Below, in pieces: positions 20,599 to 32,252 of a stretch of 64,000 nt of DNA. Source of the stretch: Synechococcus sp. (GTDB taxonomy: Bacteria; Cyanobacteriota; Cyanobacteriia; PCC-6307; Cyanobiaceae); the NCBI GenBank assembly GCA_047285535.1, contig JBJBDC010000001.1:1888136-1952135 (forward strand). The letters run 5' to 3'. The notes beneath the pieces are model-generated. The model did not search any database. It was not told the DNA's origin and saw only the letters and a list, made by a program, of their open reading frames with translations. The position numbers were made by a program, and so were the translations under genes. Each line of letters begins with the position of its first letter. Position 1 is the first letter of the stretch.

Positions 20599-22497
20599 CT
20601 GCTTGAGCGCATCACCAAAGGGTTCCGCTCGACCACCAATATGTTTTTGAAGGAAAGCCTCCACCAATGCAATCATCGCAATGGTGTTAAGCGGATTAGT
20701 GAAGAAATGGCCCTCATCAGGAAAAACGATGAAGTCAATTGGTAGTTTCCGAGCCTCCATTGCAGCCCCAATCGCTTCACTTTCCTGCAGATTGACTCTT
20801 GAGTCATTAGCGCCATGAACAAGGAGGAGCGGGCTCTTGATCCGATCGACATGGTTAAGAGGTGAGATCTCATCAAGATCAATCTTTCCAACTCCAATCA
20901 TTCGTTCAAAAGTGGTGCGAATCGATGCCCAGTAGGGGGGAATTGAGGCCAAAAAAGTATTCAAATTTGAAGGTGCCACAGCCGCCACAGCCGCAGAGAA
21001 GAAATCTGAGTCACGGGTCAGGCCAGAGAGTGCGGCATAACCGCCATAAGAGGCACCCATGATCACTAATCGATCAGGGTCAGCGATGCCTTCTGCCACC
21101 ATCCAATTCGCAGCGTCCACTACGTCGTCTTGCATGCGCCCGTACCACTCGGCTTCACCCGCCAGCAAGTGGGCTTTTCCAAACCCGATAGAGCCGCGAT
21201 AATTCACGCTCATTGCATGGTAACCACGATTAGCCAGCAGCTGATGCATGGAATTGAAACCCCAAAAATCCCTGGCATGGGGACCGCCATGCACCAACAC
21301 CACTAAGGGTTGCGGAACTGAGTCTTCAAGCAGAGAACGCGTCAAATAAACAGGCAAGCGCAGGCCATCACGAGCTTGAAGGTCCAGACTCTCCATCGGT
21401 GCAAGAACGAAATCATCAAGACCGGGTTGCACAGAAAACAACTGTCTGTGCTCTTGAAGCTCCCTATCCCAAAGCCAATACTGATCACCTTGCAGGTCTG
21501 AACCAATAACAACCAGCCAGAATCGACCCTTTAAATCGCTATCAACAATCTTGAACTCGTTATGACCTGAAAGAGTTTCAAGAGCTTTCACATCCGATCT
21601 AAGAGACGGATCAAGAACAACATTGCGGCTGCGTAAATCAAACTCCCTCAGCACTCTTGGTTCATTCGTCGCAGGATCAAGGAGAGTTACATCAAGAAGT
21701 CCACTTCCCGAACAATGAACCACCTCAGGGGAGCAGTCACTGGGGCATTGACTTAGCTGAGCGCGGCTCCAACGCACCAATCGAGGATGATCATCTCCAG
21801 TGCTTAGGATTCCGTAGAGCCACAGACCATCTCGGGTGAACCGAGTCGGCATTGAACACATCGTGTCTTCGAATGAGATGTATAAAAACGGTCGCCAACT
21901 TTTATCCCCAGGCAAACGAAGTTCATAAGCACTCCCCCCATCGTCCAAAGGCTTAAAACGCAAAACTGGCTGCCAGGTCCCATCCATCCACTCCACACTC
22001 ACCTGGCTGCCATCATCAGCAGAGAGATCAAGCAATCTTCGCTCACCACTCTCGAGATTGAGCACATAAAGATCGTGATAACGAGCATCACGATCATTCA
22101 GACCAACCACAAGCTCATTTGGAGCTTCTCGGTCTCCCGCCACGAATCTGGCTTGCACTCCTGAATCAGGCGTGAGATCGATGCTTTTTCCAGTCTTTGG
22201 ATCAATGCGAATCAGGACAGTATTTTCATCACCCTGGGTATCGCGGGTAGAGATCAAATAACGACCATCAGGACTCCAAAAAGCGACCTTTTGCGGACAA
22301 CTACTGCTTTTGGTCAATAAACGAGGAACGACATCACCATCAAGATCTTTAACCCAAAGGTTTAAAACCCCTTGAAATGGAGCCAAATAAACAATGCTTC
22401 GACCATCAGGGCTCAAGGTAACGCCTGTGATCTCAGGATTCCCAAAAAGGACCTCACGTGGAATCAGTTGTTGATTACTTACGGGCTTATTCATCAA
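20557..22497 (-). CDS. S9 family (prolyl-oligopeptidase / acylaminoacyl) peptidase
   Basis: LIPREVLFGNP, VHGGP, GASYGGY nucleophile, HGANDSRV, DEGH. Confidence 0.9.
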   Translation of the reverse strand: MMNKPVSNQQLIPREVLFGNPEITGVTLSPDGRSIVYLAPFQGVLNLWVKDLDGDVVPRLLTKSSSCPQKVAFWSPDGRYLISTRDTQGDENTVLIRIDPKTGKSIDLTPDSGVQARFVAGDREAPNELVVGLNDRDARYHDLYVLNLESGERRLLDLSADDGSQVSVEWMDGTWQPVLRFKPLDDGGSAYELRLPGDKSWRPFLYISFEDTMCSMPTRFTRDGLWLYGILSTGDDHPRLVRWSRAQLSQCPSDCSPEVVHCSGSGLLDVTLLDPATNEPRVLREFDLRSRNVVLDPSLRSDVKALETLSGHNEFKIVDSDLKGRFWLVVIGSDLQGDQYWLWDRELQEHRQLFSVQPGLDDFVLAPMESLDLQARDGLRLPVYLTRSLLEDSVPQPLVVLVHGGPHARDFWGFNSMHQLLANRGYHAMSVNYRGSIGFGKAHLLAGEAEWYGRMQDDVVDAANWMVAEGIADPDRLVIMGASYGGYAALSGLTRDSDFFSAAVAAVAPSNLNTFLASIPPYWASIRTTFERMIGVGKIDLDEISPLNHVDRIKSPLLLVHGANDSRVNLQESEAIGAAMEARKLPIDFIVFPDEGHFFTNPLNTIAMIALVEAFLQKHIGGRAEPFGDALKQSSMEWRLRSLQAP

Positions 22498-22619
22498 CTC
22501 AACCCTAACAAAAGCCTATGAATGAAGAGAATCTGATCCCTATTTCAAAAACATTACTCAGGTCTTTTGTTGTCAACCACTTCATCTCGATGGAAGAAAC
22601 GGACCCAATCACATTCAAC

Positions 22620-23558
22620 CTATGAGGACTGAGTGGCGGAGGAGCCACTCAACCGCTCAATCACCATGTCGGCCAACGGCACCTTCATCAGGCGTTCCAC
22701 CTCACGAATGCCCGTTGGACTGGTGACATTGATTTCACTGAGCATCCCGCCGATCACGTCGATCCCCACAAAGAACAACCCCTCCGAGCGCAACGCCGGA
22801 GCCAAGGCCTCACAGATCAAACGTTCGCGCTCCGTGAGCTCCGTGGCTTCGGGATGTCCTCCAACGGCGAGATTACTGCGAAATTCCCCTTCCTTTGGCT
22901 TGCGGTTCACAGCTCCCAGTGGTTCTCCATCAACAAGAAGGATGCGCTTATCGCCCTCAGTGACGGCAGGCAGAAAGCGTTGAGCCATCACCGGAAGCGA
23001 GCCCTGATCGGTTACAAGTTCAAGCAACGCCCCGAGTCCGGGTGCTGACGCTGAGACGCGCACAACACCTAAACCAGCACGACCCCCGAGGGGCTTGAGC
23101 ACCACTTCCTCTTGTTCACGCGCAAACGCGAAAAGCTCTGAAATGCGTCCTGACACCAGCGTTGGAGCCATCCAGCGGCTGAAGCGCAAGGCACCAAGCT
23201 TTTCATTCCAACCCCGTAGGGAAGCCGGACGGTTCAGGACCAATCCACCCGCTCGCTCTGCCACATCGAGAAGATGAGTGGCATACAGGTAGGCCTCATC
23301 AACGGGAGGATCTTTCCGCATCCAAATGGCCCCAAAACGATGCAGCGAGCATCGTGCTGGGTCTCCGATGCTCACCCAGGGATCGGGCTGCACCGGCACA
23401 GCGACCACCAAGGGCTCATCTCCCAACGCAATCAAATCTGCAGGCGTGGAAGCCCAGATTTCATGCCCAGCACGCTGCGCCGCCTGCATCAACGCTGCTG
23501 TGGAGTCCTTTTGTGGATTAATCCGATCAAGCGGATCCAGTACAAAAAGCTGGCGCAT
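22620..23558 (-). CDS. gshB: Glutathione synthetase
   Basis: [39 protein letters not shown]. Confidence 0.96.
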   Translation of the reverse strand: MRQLFVLDPLDRINPQKDSTAALMQAAQRAGHEIWASTPADLIALGDEPLVVAVPVQPDPWVSIGDPARCSLHRFGAIWMRKDPPVDEAYLYATHLLDVAERAGGLVLNRPASLRGWNEKLGALRFSRWMAPTLVSGRISELFAFAREQEEVVLKPLGGRAGLGVVRVSASAPGLGALLELVTDQGSLPVMAQRFLPAVTEGDKRILLVDGEPLGAVNRKPKEGEFRSNLAVGGHPEATELTERERLICEALAPALRSEGLFFVGIDVIGGMLSEINVTSPTGIREVERLMKVPLADMVIERLSGSSATQSS

Positions 23559-23569
23559 TTTGGATTCAG

Positions 23570-23833
23570 TCAGAGCGAGCCTGCAAGTAGGGCATCGAGC
23601 TTCCCTGCTCGTTCAAGCGAATGAAGTTCATCGCAATCGCCAACATGCTGATCGTCGATGAAGATCTGAGGGACACTGCGTCGTCCATTGCCTCGAGCTG
23701 CCATCGCATCACGGGCCTGCTCATCGCCGTCGACTGAATGCTCGGTGTAGTCAACGCCTTTGCGATCCAGCAACTGCTTGGCGCGGATACAAAAAGGGCA
23801 GGTGCGCCAGGTGTAGATCTCGACGCTGGGCAT
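23570..23833 (-). CDS. grxC: Glutaredoxin 3
   Basis: CPFC active site, SVPQIFI. Confidence 0.95.
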   Translation of the reverse strand: MPSVEIYTWRTCPFCIRAKQLLDRKGVDYTEHSVDGDEQARDAMAARGNGRRSVPQIFIDDQHVGDCDELHSLERAGKLDALLAGSL

Positions 23834-23886
23834 GTAGGGCTCATCATGGAATTCGAATCCTATTCAGGGGTGACCACTTCACAGCG

Positions 23887-24681
23887 ATGGCCATCCGCCC
23901 CCTGTCAGCCGCGCAGATCCGTAACGCCCTCCAGGTGGGCTTTGCAGGCTTTTTGGCAGGTGGATTATTTCTGTTCGCGGGCTCCAATGCCACACGCATC
24001 GATGCCTTCTATCTGGCGTATGGAGTGGCTCGTAGCCTCCTACCCACCCCTGAAGCCTCTCTGAAGGCCGCCCGTGCACGGGTGCTTGGCACGGTGTTCG
24101 GCGGCTTGGTTGTCGTACTGCTGATGCAGTCCCTCAATAACTGGCTAGCCGTCGGGATTGGCTATGTGCTGATCAAACTGGTCGGACAACGACTCGGCTT
24201 CGATCAGGCCACCCTGATGAATGCCGTGATCATGGCCGTACTGCTGGTGGCCGTTCCTGACTATCAAGCGATGGGTGGGCTGTACGTGCTCTACCGAAGC
24301 TTGTGGCACCTGGTGGGTCTGATGATCGGCATGACCGTCGAACGGCTGTTCTGGTTCAAACCGCTGCTGAAGCGATTGCAGCAGAGCGAATGGCATCTGA
24401 TTCAGCAGCTGCAAGATCTTTTGGATCAGAAACCAGCCCAGCGGCACCAAGAACTCATTCAGGCCTATTCGGCCCATTGCACACTGCGAAGTCTTGTGCT
24501 CAGCAGTGATCAATCCCACCAATTGACGACATCTGACTCTCAGGAACGCCAGGAGTGGCTGGAACAGGCGGTGCGTCACGGAGTCGCGCGTCAGCGGGTG
24601 CCAGAACAGCTGGAAGCGATCGACGCCGAGAGTTGCCGTGAAGCCCTGCATCAGTTGAAGAGCTGCGGTGGTTCGGCATGA
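23887..24681 (+). CDS. FUSC/aromatic acid exporter family membrane protein
   Basis: ARARVLGTVFGG motif; multi-TM N-terminus. Confidence 0.7.
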   Translation: MAIRPLSAAQIRNALQVGFAGFLAGGLFLFAGSNATRIDAFYLAYGVARSLLPTPEASLKAARARVLGTVFGGLVVVLLMQSLNNWLAVGIGYVLIKLVGQRLGFDQATLMNAVIMAVLLVAVPDYQAMGGLYVLYRSLWHLVGLMIGMTVERLFWFKPLLKRLQQSEWHLIQQLQDLLDQKPAQRHQELIQAYSAHCTLRSLVLSSDQSHQLTTSDSQERQEWLEQAVRHGVARQRVPEQLEAIDAESCREALHQLKSCGGSA

Positions 24682-25727
24682 CTCCCACTCCCCAGCTGGC
24701 CCTGGTCTTGCGAAACGGTCTATTGCTGATGCTGTTTCTGGCCGCGGTGAATCGCGTGGGCCTGCCGGAGGGGTTGTTCCTGGCCCTGGCCATCCTGGTG
24801 GTGCTGGAGGCGGATCTCGGCGGCGGCGTCATCGCTGGACGGGAAAGGATGGTGGGCAGCCTGATGGGGCTGCTTTCCGTGGTCATCACGTCAGGGGTAT
24901 CAGCCCTGATCCCACTGCCGGCCAGGCTGTTTGGCGGGCTTCTCATGGTGCGTCTCTTCAGCTTCAGTGCCGGTCTGAGCAGCGGTTACATCGTGGGCGG
25001 CCACGTGGTGGCAGGAAGTCTGCTGCACCATCCGAATGACTGGTGGTATTACGCCTTTTGGCGCACGATGATGACGATTCTGGGAGTGTTCATCGGGGTT
25101 CTGCTGTCTCGACATGTGTACAGCCAGCGCACCGTGAGTGCCTGGCGGCTGCGCTGCGATCGCTGGATCCAAGATCTTGCTGAAGGTCTAACCGACCTGC
25201 ACACACGGCCAGACCATGAACGCCACTACCTCGAGCTGCGTGAACGCCGCAATGCCCTGCGGCGGGGCCTCCCGCAAATGATCGCGGAGCAACGTGTGAC
25301 CCGCACTCGCCGGGACACGGTGCAATGGGCCCAGCAGATCCTGCACCATGGCAGCTCCGTGATGAGCTGCTGCCGCGATCTCAGCCTGCTGCTGAGACGT
25401 GATCAGCAGTTGCCTCCAGAGCTGACCACAACAATCCATGATCTGCAGACGGTGGGACAGCAGCGTTTACATCAGCTCTGTTCCGGCACCCTTCCCCAAG
25501 GGTCGGACACCACTCTGGAGGCACTGCAACAGCGACTGCAACGGGCCGTAGAAACCTCTCTGCTGCAACAAGAGGCGGAGACTGGACGCGATGCCAGCCT
25601 GGACTCCACAATCGACTCGCGGCAGCGTCACTTGCTGGCAAGTCGGCTGCTGCTTCTCAGCGATGCCCTTGGTCAGCTACCAACGAGTTGGGGACTGCCT
25701 TGCGCTGAGATTGCAGACAGATACTGA
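24678..25727 (+). CDS. FUSC family membrane protein
   Basis: [11 protein letters not shown] motif; TM N-terminal half and helical C-terminal half; overlaps the previous gene by 4 nt. Confidence 0.7.
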   Translation: MTPTPQLALVLRNGLLLMLFLAAVNRVGLPEGLFLALAILVVLEADLGGGVIAGRERMVGSLMGLLSVVITSGVSALIPLPARLFGGLLMVRLFSFSAGLSSGYIVGGHVVAGSLLHHPNDWWYYAFWRTMMTILGVFIGVLLSRHVYSQRTVSAWRLRCDRWIQDLAEGLTDLHTRPDHERHYLELRERRNALRRGLPQMIAEQRVTRTRRDTVQWAQQILHHGSSVMSCCRDLSLLLRRDQQLPPELTTTIHDLQTVGQQRLHQLCSGTLPQGSDTTLEALQQRLQRAVETSLLQQEAETGRDASLDSTIDSRQRHLLASRLLLLSDALGQLPTSWGLPCAEIADRY

Positions 25728-25769
25728 GACCGCTGCTGATAAGGTCGCGACAACGTTCAACGCATTCCG

Positions 25770-26898
25770 TTGCTCGACCTCACAGACTTCAAACGCGATC
25801 TTTCCGAGCTCACTGACCGCCTGGGCCATGCCCAGGACTGTCTTTGACGTACCTGCACTCAACGCCAGGCAGCAGGATCTCGAACAACTCGCGGCTCAGC
25901 CCGATTTTTGGGACGATCAGCAAAACGCCCAGAAGCAGATGCGGCGCCTTGATGAAGTGAAGGCGCAACTGCAGCAACTGGTGGATTGGCGCAGAGCTGT
26001 GGACGATGGACAGGCCACTCTCGAGCTCTATGAGTTGGAGCCCGATGAAGACATCCTCAGCGAGGCGCAACAGGGACTCGATCAGCTACGCCTGGGTCTC
26101 GATCGCTGGGAGTTGGAGCGCCTTCTCAACGGTGAATACGACAAGGAAGGTGCTGTCTTAAGCATCAACGCCGGAGCCGGAGGCACGGATGCCCAGGACT
26201 GGGCCCAGATGCTGTTGCGCATGTACACACGCTGGGCAGAAGACCAAGGCATGCGAGTGAGCGTGGATGAGCTGTCTGAAGGAGAGGAAGCTGGAATCAA
26301 AAGCGCCACCATTGAGATCGAAGGTCGCTACGCCTACGGCTACTTACGGAACGAAAAAGGGACGCATCGACTGGTTCGCATCTCGCCATTCAATGCCAAC
26401 GACAAGCGTCAAACAAGCTTTGCAGGCGTGGAAGTGATGCCCAAACTTGAGCAAGAGATTGAGCTTGATATCCCGGAAAAAGATCTAGAAATCACCACCT
26501 CCCGTTCAGGAGGTGCAGGTGGACAGAATGTGAACAAGGTTGAAACGGCGGTGCGGATCCTCCACGTTCCAACCGGTCTTGCTGTGCGCTGCACCCAAGA
26601 GCGCTCCCAGCTCCAGAACAAGGAGAAAGCCATGGCCCAGCTCAAGGCAAAGTTACTGGTGATTGCCCAGGAGCAACGGGCGTCGGAAATTGCCGACATC
26701 CGCGGAGACATCGTGGAGGCAGCCTGGGGCAATCAGATCCGCAACTACGTCTTCCATCCCTATCAGATGGTCAAAGACCTGCGCACCCAAGAAGAAACGA
26801 CCGATGTGCAAGGCGTCATGAATGGAGATCTCAACCCGTTCATCCAGGCGCTGCTCCGCGAAGGTGTAGATCGCCCAGGCAGCGACGACGACCACTGA
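25770..26898 (+). CDS. prfB: Peptide chain release factor 2 with programmed +1 frameshift
   Basis: TTG 25770 gives [25 protein letters not shown], then CTT TGA C at 25842-25848; the +1 frame continues DVPALNARQ...SPF...GGQNVN. Confidence 0.96.
25834..25848 (+). promoter_or_regulatory. prfB autoregulatory frameshift site
   Basis: AGGA SD-like sequence followed by CTTTGAC. Confidence 0.9.
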
Positions 26899-26924
26899 CC
26901 GAGGTCCCCCATCACGCTCTCCTC

Positions 26925-27140
26925 ATGACACAGGCTTCCGGACACGACAGCAGCAACACCTCCAAGCCCAAACGAGACGATCCAGGAGCACCACCTCCGA
27001 GTTTCGTGAAACTGGCCATGCGCAACATGGTGCGCAAGGGTCGTCAGAGCCTGGTTCATTTCGGCCTGACCGCAGCAGGCTTGATTGGTTTCATCCTTCT
27101 CGTGGCCTGGATCGGTCGACCGACGCTGCCGCCATCGTGA
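26925..27140 (+). CDS. DUF3285 family protein
   Basis: PSFVKLAMRNMVRKG..SLVHFGLT. Confidence 0.85.
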   Translation: MTQASGHDSSNTSKPKRDDPGAPPPSFVKLAMRNMVRKGRQSLVHFGLTAAGLIGFILLVAWIGRPTLPPS

Positions 27141-27697
27141 CCGCCTCAGGAGTCCCCGCTGCCATGATCCACCTCGACCTGGCCTTCAACCCAGCGGCGA
27201 CCGAGCTCCACCATGCTGCTGATAACGAAACCACCCGATCCAGGCTGCAACAGGCCAACGACTGGGAGGACGAGTTGTGCCGTTGGATTGAAGTCTTGCG
27301 TCAGGACCCAGCAGGCCACTGTCCCGACATGATCAGGACCTGCAGCTCGATCAGTCTGGGCTTGTCTCTGATCGATGACGCCAGCATCGCCGAACTCAAT
27401 CGGCGCTGGCGCCAGCAACCCAGCCCTACCGATGTGCTCTCCTTTGCCGCCCTGGAGGGTGATATGCCGATGGGTGCAGGCGAGGACCTTGAGCTGGGGG
27501 ACATTGTTGTGTCGGTCCCCACGGCCCGTCGCCAGGCTGTTGAGCAGGAGCATGGCCTAGAGAGAGAACTCAGGTGGCTGGTCAGTCACGGGCTTCTACA
27601 TCTGCTGGGCTGGGATCATCCCGATGAAGTCTCCCTGGCTGCGATGCTGGACAAACAGGAGCGTCTTCTTGAAATGGGCGGTAACGTTCAAGCCTGA
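27137..27697 (+). CDS. ybeY: rRNA maturation endoribonuclease
   Basis: PTDVLSF, LGDIVVS, HGLLHLLGWDH. Confidence 0.93.
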   Translation: MTASGVPAAMIHLDLAFNPAATELHHAADNETTRSRLQQANDWEDELCRWIEVLRQDPAGHCPDMIRTCSSISLGLSLIDDASIAELNRRWRQQPSPTDVLSFAALEGDMPMGAGEDLELGDIVVSVPTARRQAVEQEHGLERELRWLVSHGLLHLLGWDHPDEVSLAAMLDKQERLLEMGGNVQA

Positions 27698-27710
27698 GGT
27701 GAGATCAACT

Positions 27711-28196
27711 GTGAATCAGCAGATGAAGTCACTGCTGAACCCTGAGAACGGAGCACCGTTGCCCGAGGAGATCAGTCAGCGCAGCACCCACAAAGCCCAC
27801 CGTGCCGCCAAACGAGGCGCCTGGCGTATTGCCGGAGATCTGCCCTCCAGCTTCCGCTATGCAGCCCAAGGTCTTGGCTACGGCTTCATTAGCCAAAGGA
27901 ACTTCCGCATTCACGTTTGCGCTGGAGCGTTGGTCTTAGGGATGGGGCTTTGGCTGCAGCTGCCATCCATCCAGCTGGCGGTGTTGGTGCTGACGGTGGC
28001 TGTTGTGCTGGTGCTGGAGCTGCTCAACACCGCCATCGAGGCCGTGGTGGACTTGGCGATCGGCCGCCGTTTCCATCCCCTAGCCAGAATTGCCAAAGAT
28101 TGTGCTGCAGCGGCGGTGCTTGTCTCCGCGATCAGTTCAATGATGATCGCGCTCCTTTTGATCGTCCCCCCCCTACTCCTGCGCCTGGGCTTCTGA
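27711..28196 (+). CDS. dgkA: Diacylglycerol/undecaprenol kinase (start approximate)
   Basis: [38 protein letters not shown]. Confidence 0.88.
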   Translation: MNQQMKSLLNPENGAPLPEEISQRSTHKAHRAAKRGAWRIAGDLPSSFRYAAQGLGYGFISQRNFRIHVCAGALVLGMGLWLQLPSIQLAVLVLTVAVVLVLELLNTAIEAVVDLAIGRRFHPLARIAKDCAAAAVLVSAISSMMIALLLIVPPLLLRLGF

Positions 28197-28198
28197 GC

Positions 28199-28795
28199 AT
28201 GCTCCTGGTTATCGACAATTACGACAGCTTCACCTTCAACCTGGTGCAGTACCTCGGGGAGCTGGCCAGCCAATTTCCAGTGGCTACCGACGTACGCGTG
28301 GAGCGCAACGACGCCCTGACCCTTGAGGAGATTCGCGCCCTCAATCCATCCGCCATCTTGCTTTCACCAGGCCCAGGCGATCCGAATCAAGCCGGGATTT
28401 GCCTCGACGTTCTGCGTCAGCTCTCCCCCACCATCCCGACGCTTGGCGTCTGCCTGGGCCATCAATCACTCGCCCAGGCCTACGGAGGGAGAATTGTGAG
28501 AGCCAGCGAACTGATGCACGGGAAAACATCGCCTGTTCAGCATCGAGGGGAAGGCGTCTTCGCCGGACTGCCCCAACCCCTCAACGCGACGCGTTATCAC
28601 AGCCTGATTGCCGAAAGCAAAACGCTTCCCGAGTGTCTCGAGGTCACCGCCTGGCTGGAAGACGGAACGATCATGGGGCTGCGCCATCGCGACTATCCCC
28701 ATTTGCAGGGAGTGCAGTTCCACCCTGAAAGTGTGCTCACGGAAGCTGGGCACAAGCTGCTTGCCAACTTCCTACGTCAAACAGAGCTCAAGTGA
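28199..28795 (+). CDS. trpG: Anthranilate/aminodeoxychorismate synthase component II
   Basis: [34 protein letters not shown]. Confidence 0.93.
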   Translation: MLLVIDNYDSFTFNLVQYLGELASQFPVATDVRVERNDALTLEEIRALNPSAILLSPGPGDPNQAGICLDVLRQLSPTIPTLGVCLGHQSLAQAYGGRIVRASELMHGKTSPVQHRGEGVFAGLPQPLNATRYHSLIAESKTLPECLEVTAWLEDGTIMGLRHRDYPHLQGVQFHPESVLTEAGHKLLANFLRQTELK

Positions 28796-28833
28796 CATCA
28801 CTGCTAACTTCCTGATCCAGAAGTCGATCAACC

Positions 28834-29571
28834 ATGTCGGTGCACCAAAGGGTTCAGAGTTTGTCTCGCACCGTGCTGAGTGGTTCTGCTGTCCTCGCCA
28901 TTGGTGTTTGGATCCCAGCTCAGGCCGCAGGCGTGAGCATCACCAATTACGGACATAGCGCCCTGCTGATCCGCGGAGGTGGCCAATCCGTCATGGTCAA
29001 TCCATTTCGAGCCGTGGGTTGCGCCAAGGGACTTGCCGAACCACGGGTGAACGCGACGGTGATCCTCGCCAGTTCGGAACTGCCTGATGAGGGAGCTCGT
29101 ACTGGGGGTGGCACCTACCTGGTCAAGCCGGGCTCTTACCGCGTCGGTGGCCTCAAAATTGAAGGGTTCGCCGCACCCCATGACCGCCTGGGTGGTCGTC
29201 GCTTTGGCCAGTCCACGTTGTGGCGATGGCAACAGGCAGGGCTCAGCTTTGCCCATCTCGGCGGCACGGCCGCCACACTCAGCGGTGAGGACAAAGTGCT
29301 GTTAGGGCGACCGGATGTCTTGATCATTGGTGTTGGCGGCGGTGGCAAGGTCTACAACGGTGAGGAAGCCGCCAATGTGGTGCGAGCACTGAACCCCCGC
29401 CGGGTGATTCCCGTTCAGTACATCAAGGGTGAGCCACCGGCTGGATGTGACCTCGGCGATGTGCAGCCTTTTTTAGACGCGATGGCGGGTACCAAGGTGC
29501 GCAAGGTGGGTCCAAGCCTCAATCTGCCTGCAAACCTTGGCGACACCATGGTGATCGACGTGATGCGCTGA
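28834..29571 (+). CDS. MBL-fold metallo-hydrolase-like protein
   Basis: ITNYGHSALLI, HLGG, PDVLIIGVGGG, RRVIPVQY. Confidence 0.8.
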   Translation: MSVHQRVQSLSRTVLSGSAVLAIGVWIPAQAAGVSITNYGHSALLIRGGGQSVMVNPFRAVGCAKGLAEPRVNATVILASSELPDEGARTGGGTYLVKPGSYRVGGLKIEGFAAPHDRLGGRRFGQSTLWRWQQAGLSFAHLGGTAATLSGEDKVLLGRPDVLIIGVGGGGKVYNGEEAANVVRALNPRRVIPVQYIKGEPPAGCDLGDVQPFLDAMAGTKVRKVGPSLNLPANLGDTMVIDVMR

Positions 29572-29584
29572 GATCAATCAACAC

Positions 29585-30643
29585 TCATCTCCCCACGCTC
29601 GGCATCAGGGCCAACAACGCTGACAACTCGGATCGATCCAGACCTGCGATCAAGGCCAGAAGGAGAAGCACCCTCGCCTTTTGAGGGCTGAGGGTGCCCG
29701 CTGGTAACAAACCAAGCTGGGCATGAACCTCACTGGGATGAACGGGGCCACTGCCACAACGACTCGCCCGCAACATCAGTGGCAACACCCCCGTCCAGTT
29801 TTTGATGAGCTCACGCTCCGACACAGACAACTGACCAGCCCCTGTGCCAGTCCATACCAGGCCCTGCACTCCTGATTTCAACATCGCCCCAAGCATGCCC
29901 AAGGGAGGATCCACACACCCGTAGAGGATGGCCACCTGAGGCCACTCAACCGGCAGTGCCAGCGTTGCAAACGGCACGAATCGAGAGCTTGTTGCCAGCG
30001 GAAGATGCACACCGTGATCATCCACCCAGCCGATTGGGCCCGAGCCTGGACTGGCAAACGCGTTCACCCCCAGAGTGGCCACCTTGGTGACCGCCCTGGC
30101 GCCATGGATCTTGCCATCCATCACGACCAGCACACCCTGCCCCCTTGCTTGAGGACTGCAAGCCACTTGAACAGCCCTCAACAGATTGAGCGGACCGTCC
30201 GCACTGAGGGCTGTCGCAGGCCTCATGGCTCCCACCAACACCACCGGCCGTGGATCCTCAATCAGGAGGTCCAACAACCAGGCGGATTCCTCCATGGTGT
30301 TGGTGCCATGCGTGATCACCACTCCCGCCAGCTCCGGGGATGCAGCAAAACCCTCGCGGATCCGTTTCACCAGCTGGTTCCAGTGCTGAAACTGCAGATC
30401 AGCGCTGTCCAGATTGGCCAGTTGCTCCACCTGAATCTGGGCCCTTTGCTGCAGCTGCGGCAGCTCCCGGAGCAGGTCCGCCCCAGCCAACACACCCGCG
30501 GTGTACTCGTTTAAGGAACTGCTAGTGGCACCACAGCCGGCAATGGTGCCGCCCGTGGCCAGCAGAAGCAGCTTCGGCTTTTGGGGGATCTGGGATTGAT
30601 CGAACGTCAAGGTTCTGAATCGATCACGCCATAAACCTGCCAA
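29585..30643 (-). CDS. ansA: L-asparaginase (true start probably somewhat downstream of the ORF start)
   Basis: ATGGTIAG, HGTNTMEE, GAMRP..ALSADGPLNL, PQKARVLL. Confidence 0.92.
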   Translation of the reverse strand: MAGLWRDRFRTLTFDQSQIPQKPKLLLLATGGTIAGCGATSSSLNEYTAGVLAGADLLRELPQLQQRAQIQVEQLANLDSADLQFQHWNQLVKRIREGFAASPELAGVVITHGTNTMEESAWLLDLLIEDPRPVVLVGAMRPATALSADGPLNLLRAVQVACSPQARGQGVLVVMDGKIHGARAVTKVATLGVNAFASPGSGPIGWVDDHGVHLPLATSSRFVPFATLALPVEWPQVAILYGCVDPPLGMLGAMLKSGVQGLVWTGTGAGQLSVSERELIKNWTGVLPLMLRASRCGSGPVHPSEVHAQLGLLPAGTLSPQKARVLLLLALIAGLDRSELSALLALMPSVGR

Positions 30644-31740
30644 AAACGCTGCATCTGTTCGATGGTGCCGATGCTGACGCGCAGTGACCCATCAATCTGA
30701 GGCTTCCCTGCCATGGAACGCACCAAAATGCCCGCTTCCCGCAGCTTCGCTTCCACGAGCTGCACTGAACGACGAGGCCAAACCAGGAGGTAATTCCCCC
30801 CATCCACATGGTGAATAACACGCTCACGCGTCAGCTGAGCCAGGATCCAGGCACGGGCCCGGATCACCTCAGCGACATAGGCATCCGTGTAGGGCTGGTC
30901 GGCCAGGGCCGCCATCGCCGCGGTCACCGCCAGCATGTTCACGTCATACGGGCCAGTGACCCGGCCTACACGGTCCACCACATGCGGGTGGCCGATGGCA
31001 AAGCCGATCCGCAACCCCGCAAGCCCTGCGGTTTTGGCGAGTGATCGGAGCACGAGCAGATTGGGGACGGCCTGGAAATCAGCCGTAGGCAAGACGCTGT
31101 CTCCGGTGAACGCCTCATATAACTCATCCACCACCACCAGCGTTTCCGGCGCTGCAGCCGCCAGCGCCACAACCTGATCGGCAGCCAAGCGCGTTCCAGT
31201 GGGGTTGTTGGGATTGCACAGCATCAAAATGCGCGGAGCGTGCATCAAGGCCGCACGGATCGGCTCCAGCGGAAATCCAAAACCAGGCAAGGCATGGGGC
31301 ACGGACTCGATCACCATCCCCTGCATCCCCGCACAGGGGGAGTAATACCCAAAGGTGGGGCTGGTGGTGAGCAGGGTGTCGCCTGGAGCTCCATAGGCAT
31401 GCATCACGGCATGGATCGCGGCATCAACCCCGTTGAACACCCCCACCTGCGCAGGAGACAAGGGATGGGCCAATCCCGCTGGCGAGGACTCAAGATTGGC
31501 AATCAAGGCTTCACGAAGGCCGTCGTACTCGGGGTAGATCGCCAGGTGATCGGCAGGGAACGAACGGATCGCCTCCACCACCTTTGGACTGGGCCCAATC
31601 GTGTTTTCGTTGAAATCAAGCCGCAATGCGTTGCGACGACCCTCGAGAGGAGCGCTGTAGGCCTTCAACCTCTCAACCTCCGGCCGAGCATCGGGAGAAG
31701 GAATGGCCACGAACTCCACAAACCCTAGACGGATCAACAC
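30607..31740 (-). CDS. hisC: Histidinol-phosphate / threonine-phosphate aminotransferase (HisC/CobC family)
   Basis: LDFNEN, CNPNNPTG, VVVDELY, RSLAKTAGLAGLRIG. Confidence 0.88.
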   Translation of the reverse strand: MLIRLGFVEFVAIPSPDARPEVERLKAYSAPLEGRRNALRLDFNENTIGPSPKVVEAIRSFPADHLAIYPEYDGLREALIANLESSPAGLAHPLSPAQVGVFNGVDAAIHAVMHAYGAPGDTLLTTSPTFGYYSPCAGMQGMVIESVPHALPGFGFPLEPIRAALMHAPRILMLCNPNNPTGTRLAADQVVALAAAAPETLVVVDELYEAFTGDSVLPTADFQAVPNLLVLRSLAKTAGLAGLRIGFAIGHPHVVDRVGRVTGPYDVNMLAVTAAMAALADQPYTDAYVAEVIRARAWILAQLTRERVIHHVDGGNYLLVWPRRSVQLVEAKLREAGILVRSMAGKPQIDGSLRVSIGTIEQMQRFWQVYGVIDSEP

Positions 31741-32252
31741 TGACAGAAGAAGGCTTCCACCGCTGATCTGCGATCAACAGGGCACTGAAGTGAAAACGCA
31801 AACAACACTCCTCAAACAGTGGCGGAATGTGGGAGGAATGAAGGCTCTCGGTCCTACCGAACGATGCTGGAGCGCTTTTGGATAGAGCTGAAACGGCGTC
31901 ACCCCAGATCCATCCGCAGGGCAATCGTGAAGGCCGTGCTGCGCAATCCAGCCTTATTCAAGATTCAGCACCTCACACTTTGCGCAAAGCAACAGTGGTC
32001 TGCATCACTTTGAACAAGGGTCGCTCAATGCGAACCAACTCACTATTTTCATAGAGCTAACGAGGCATCAAACGGGGATCAAGGCCTGAAAACAGAACCC
32101 GGATTGGCACCAACCAGCACAACTGACATTCACAACAACCACTTGAGTGCAGCAATAAATACCGCGTTTATCATGAAGTACAGAAGACGCTAAAGAGGAA
32201 AGCAAACATTCTGAGCTCCCACCTCGTTCAACAACTTTCCAGGCCTCAAACA

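Noticed and set aside
25591..25848. ORF-track N-terminal extension of prfB, or an apparent pseudogene
   Set aside because: Explained by the well-known programmed +1 frameshift; the real start is 25770
31819..32013. Short ORF at the island's left edge
   Set aside because: No recognisable motif; cannot be supported as a gene
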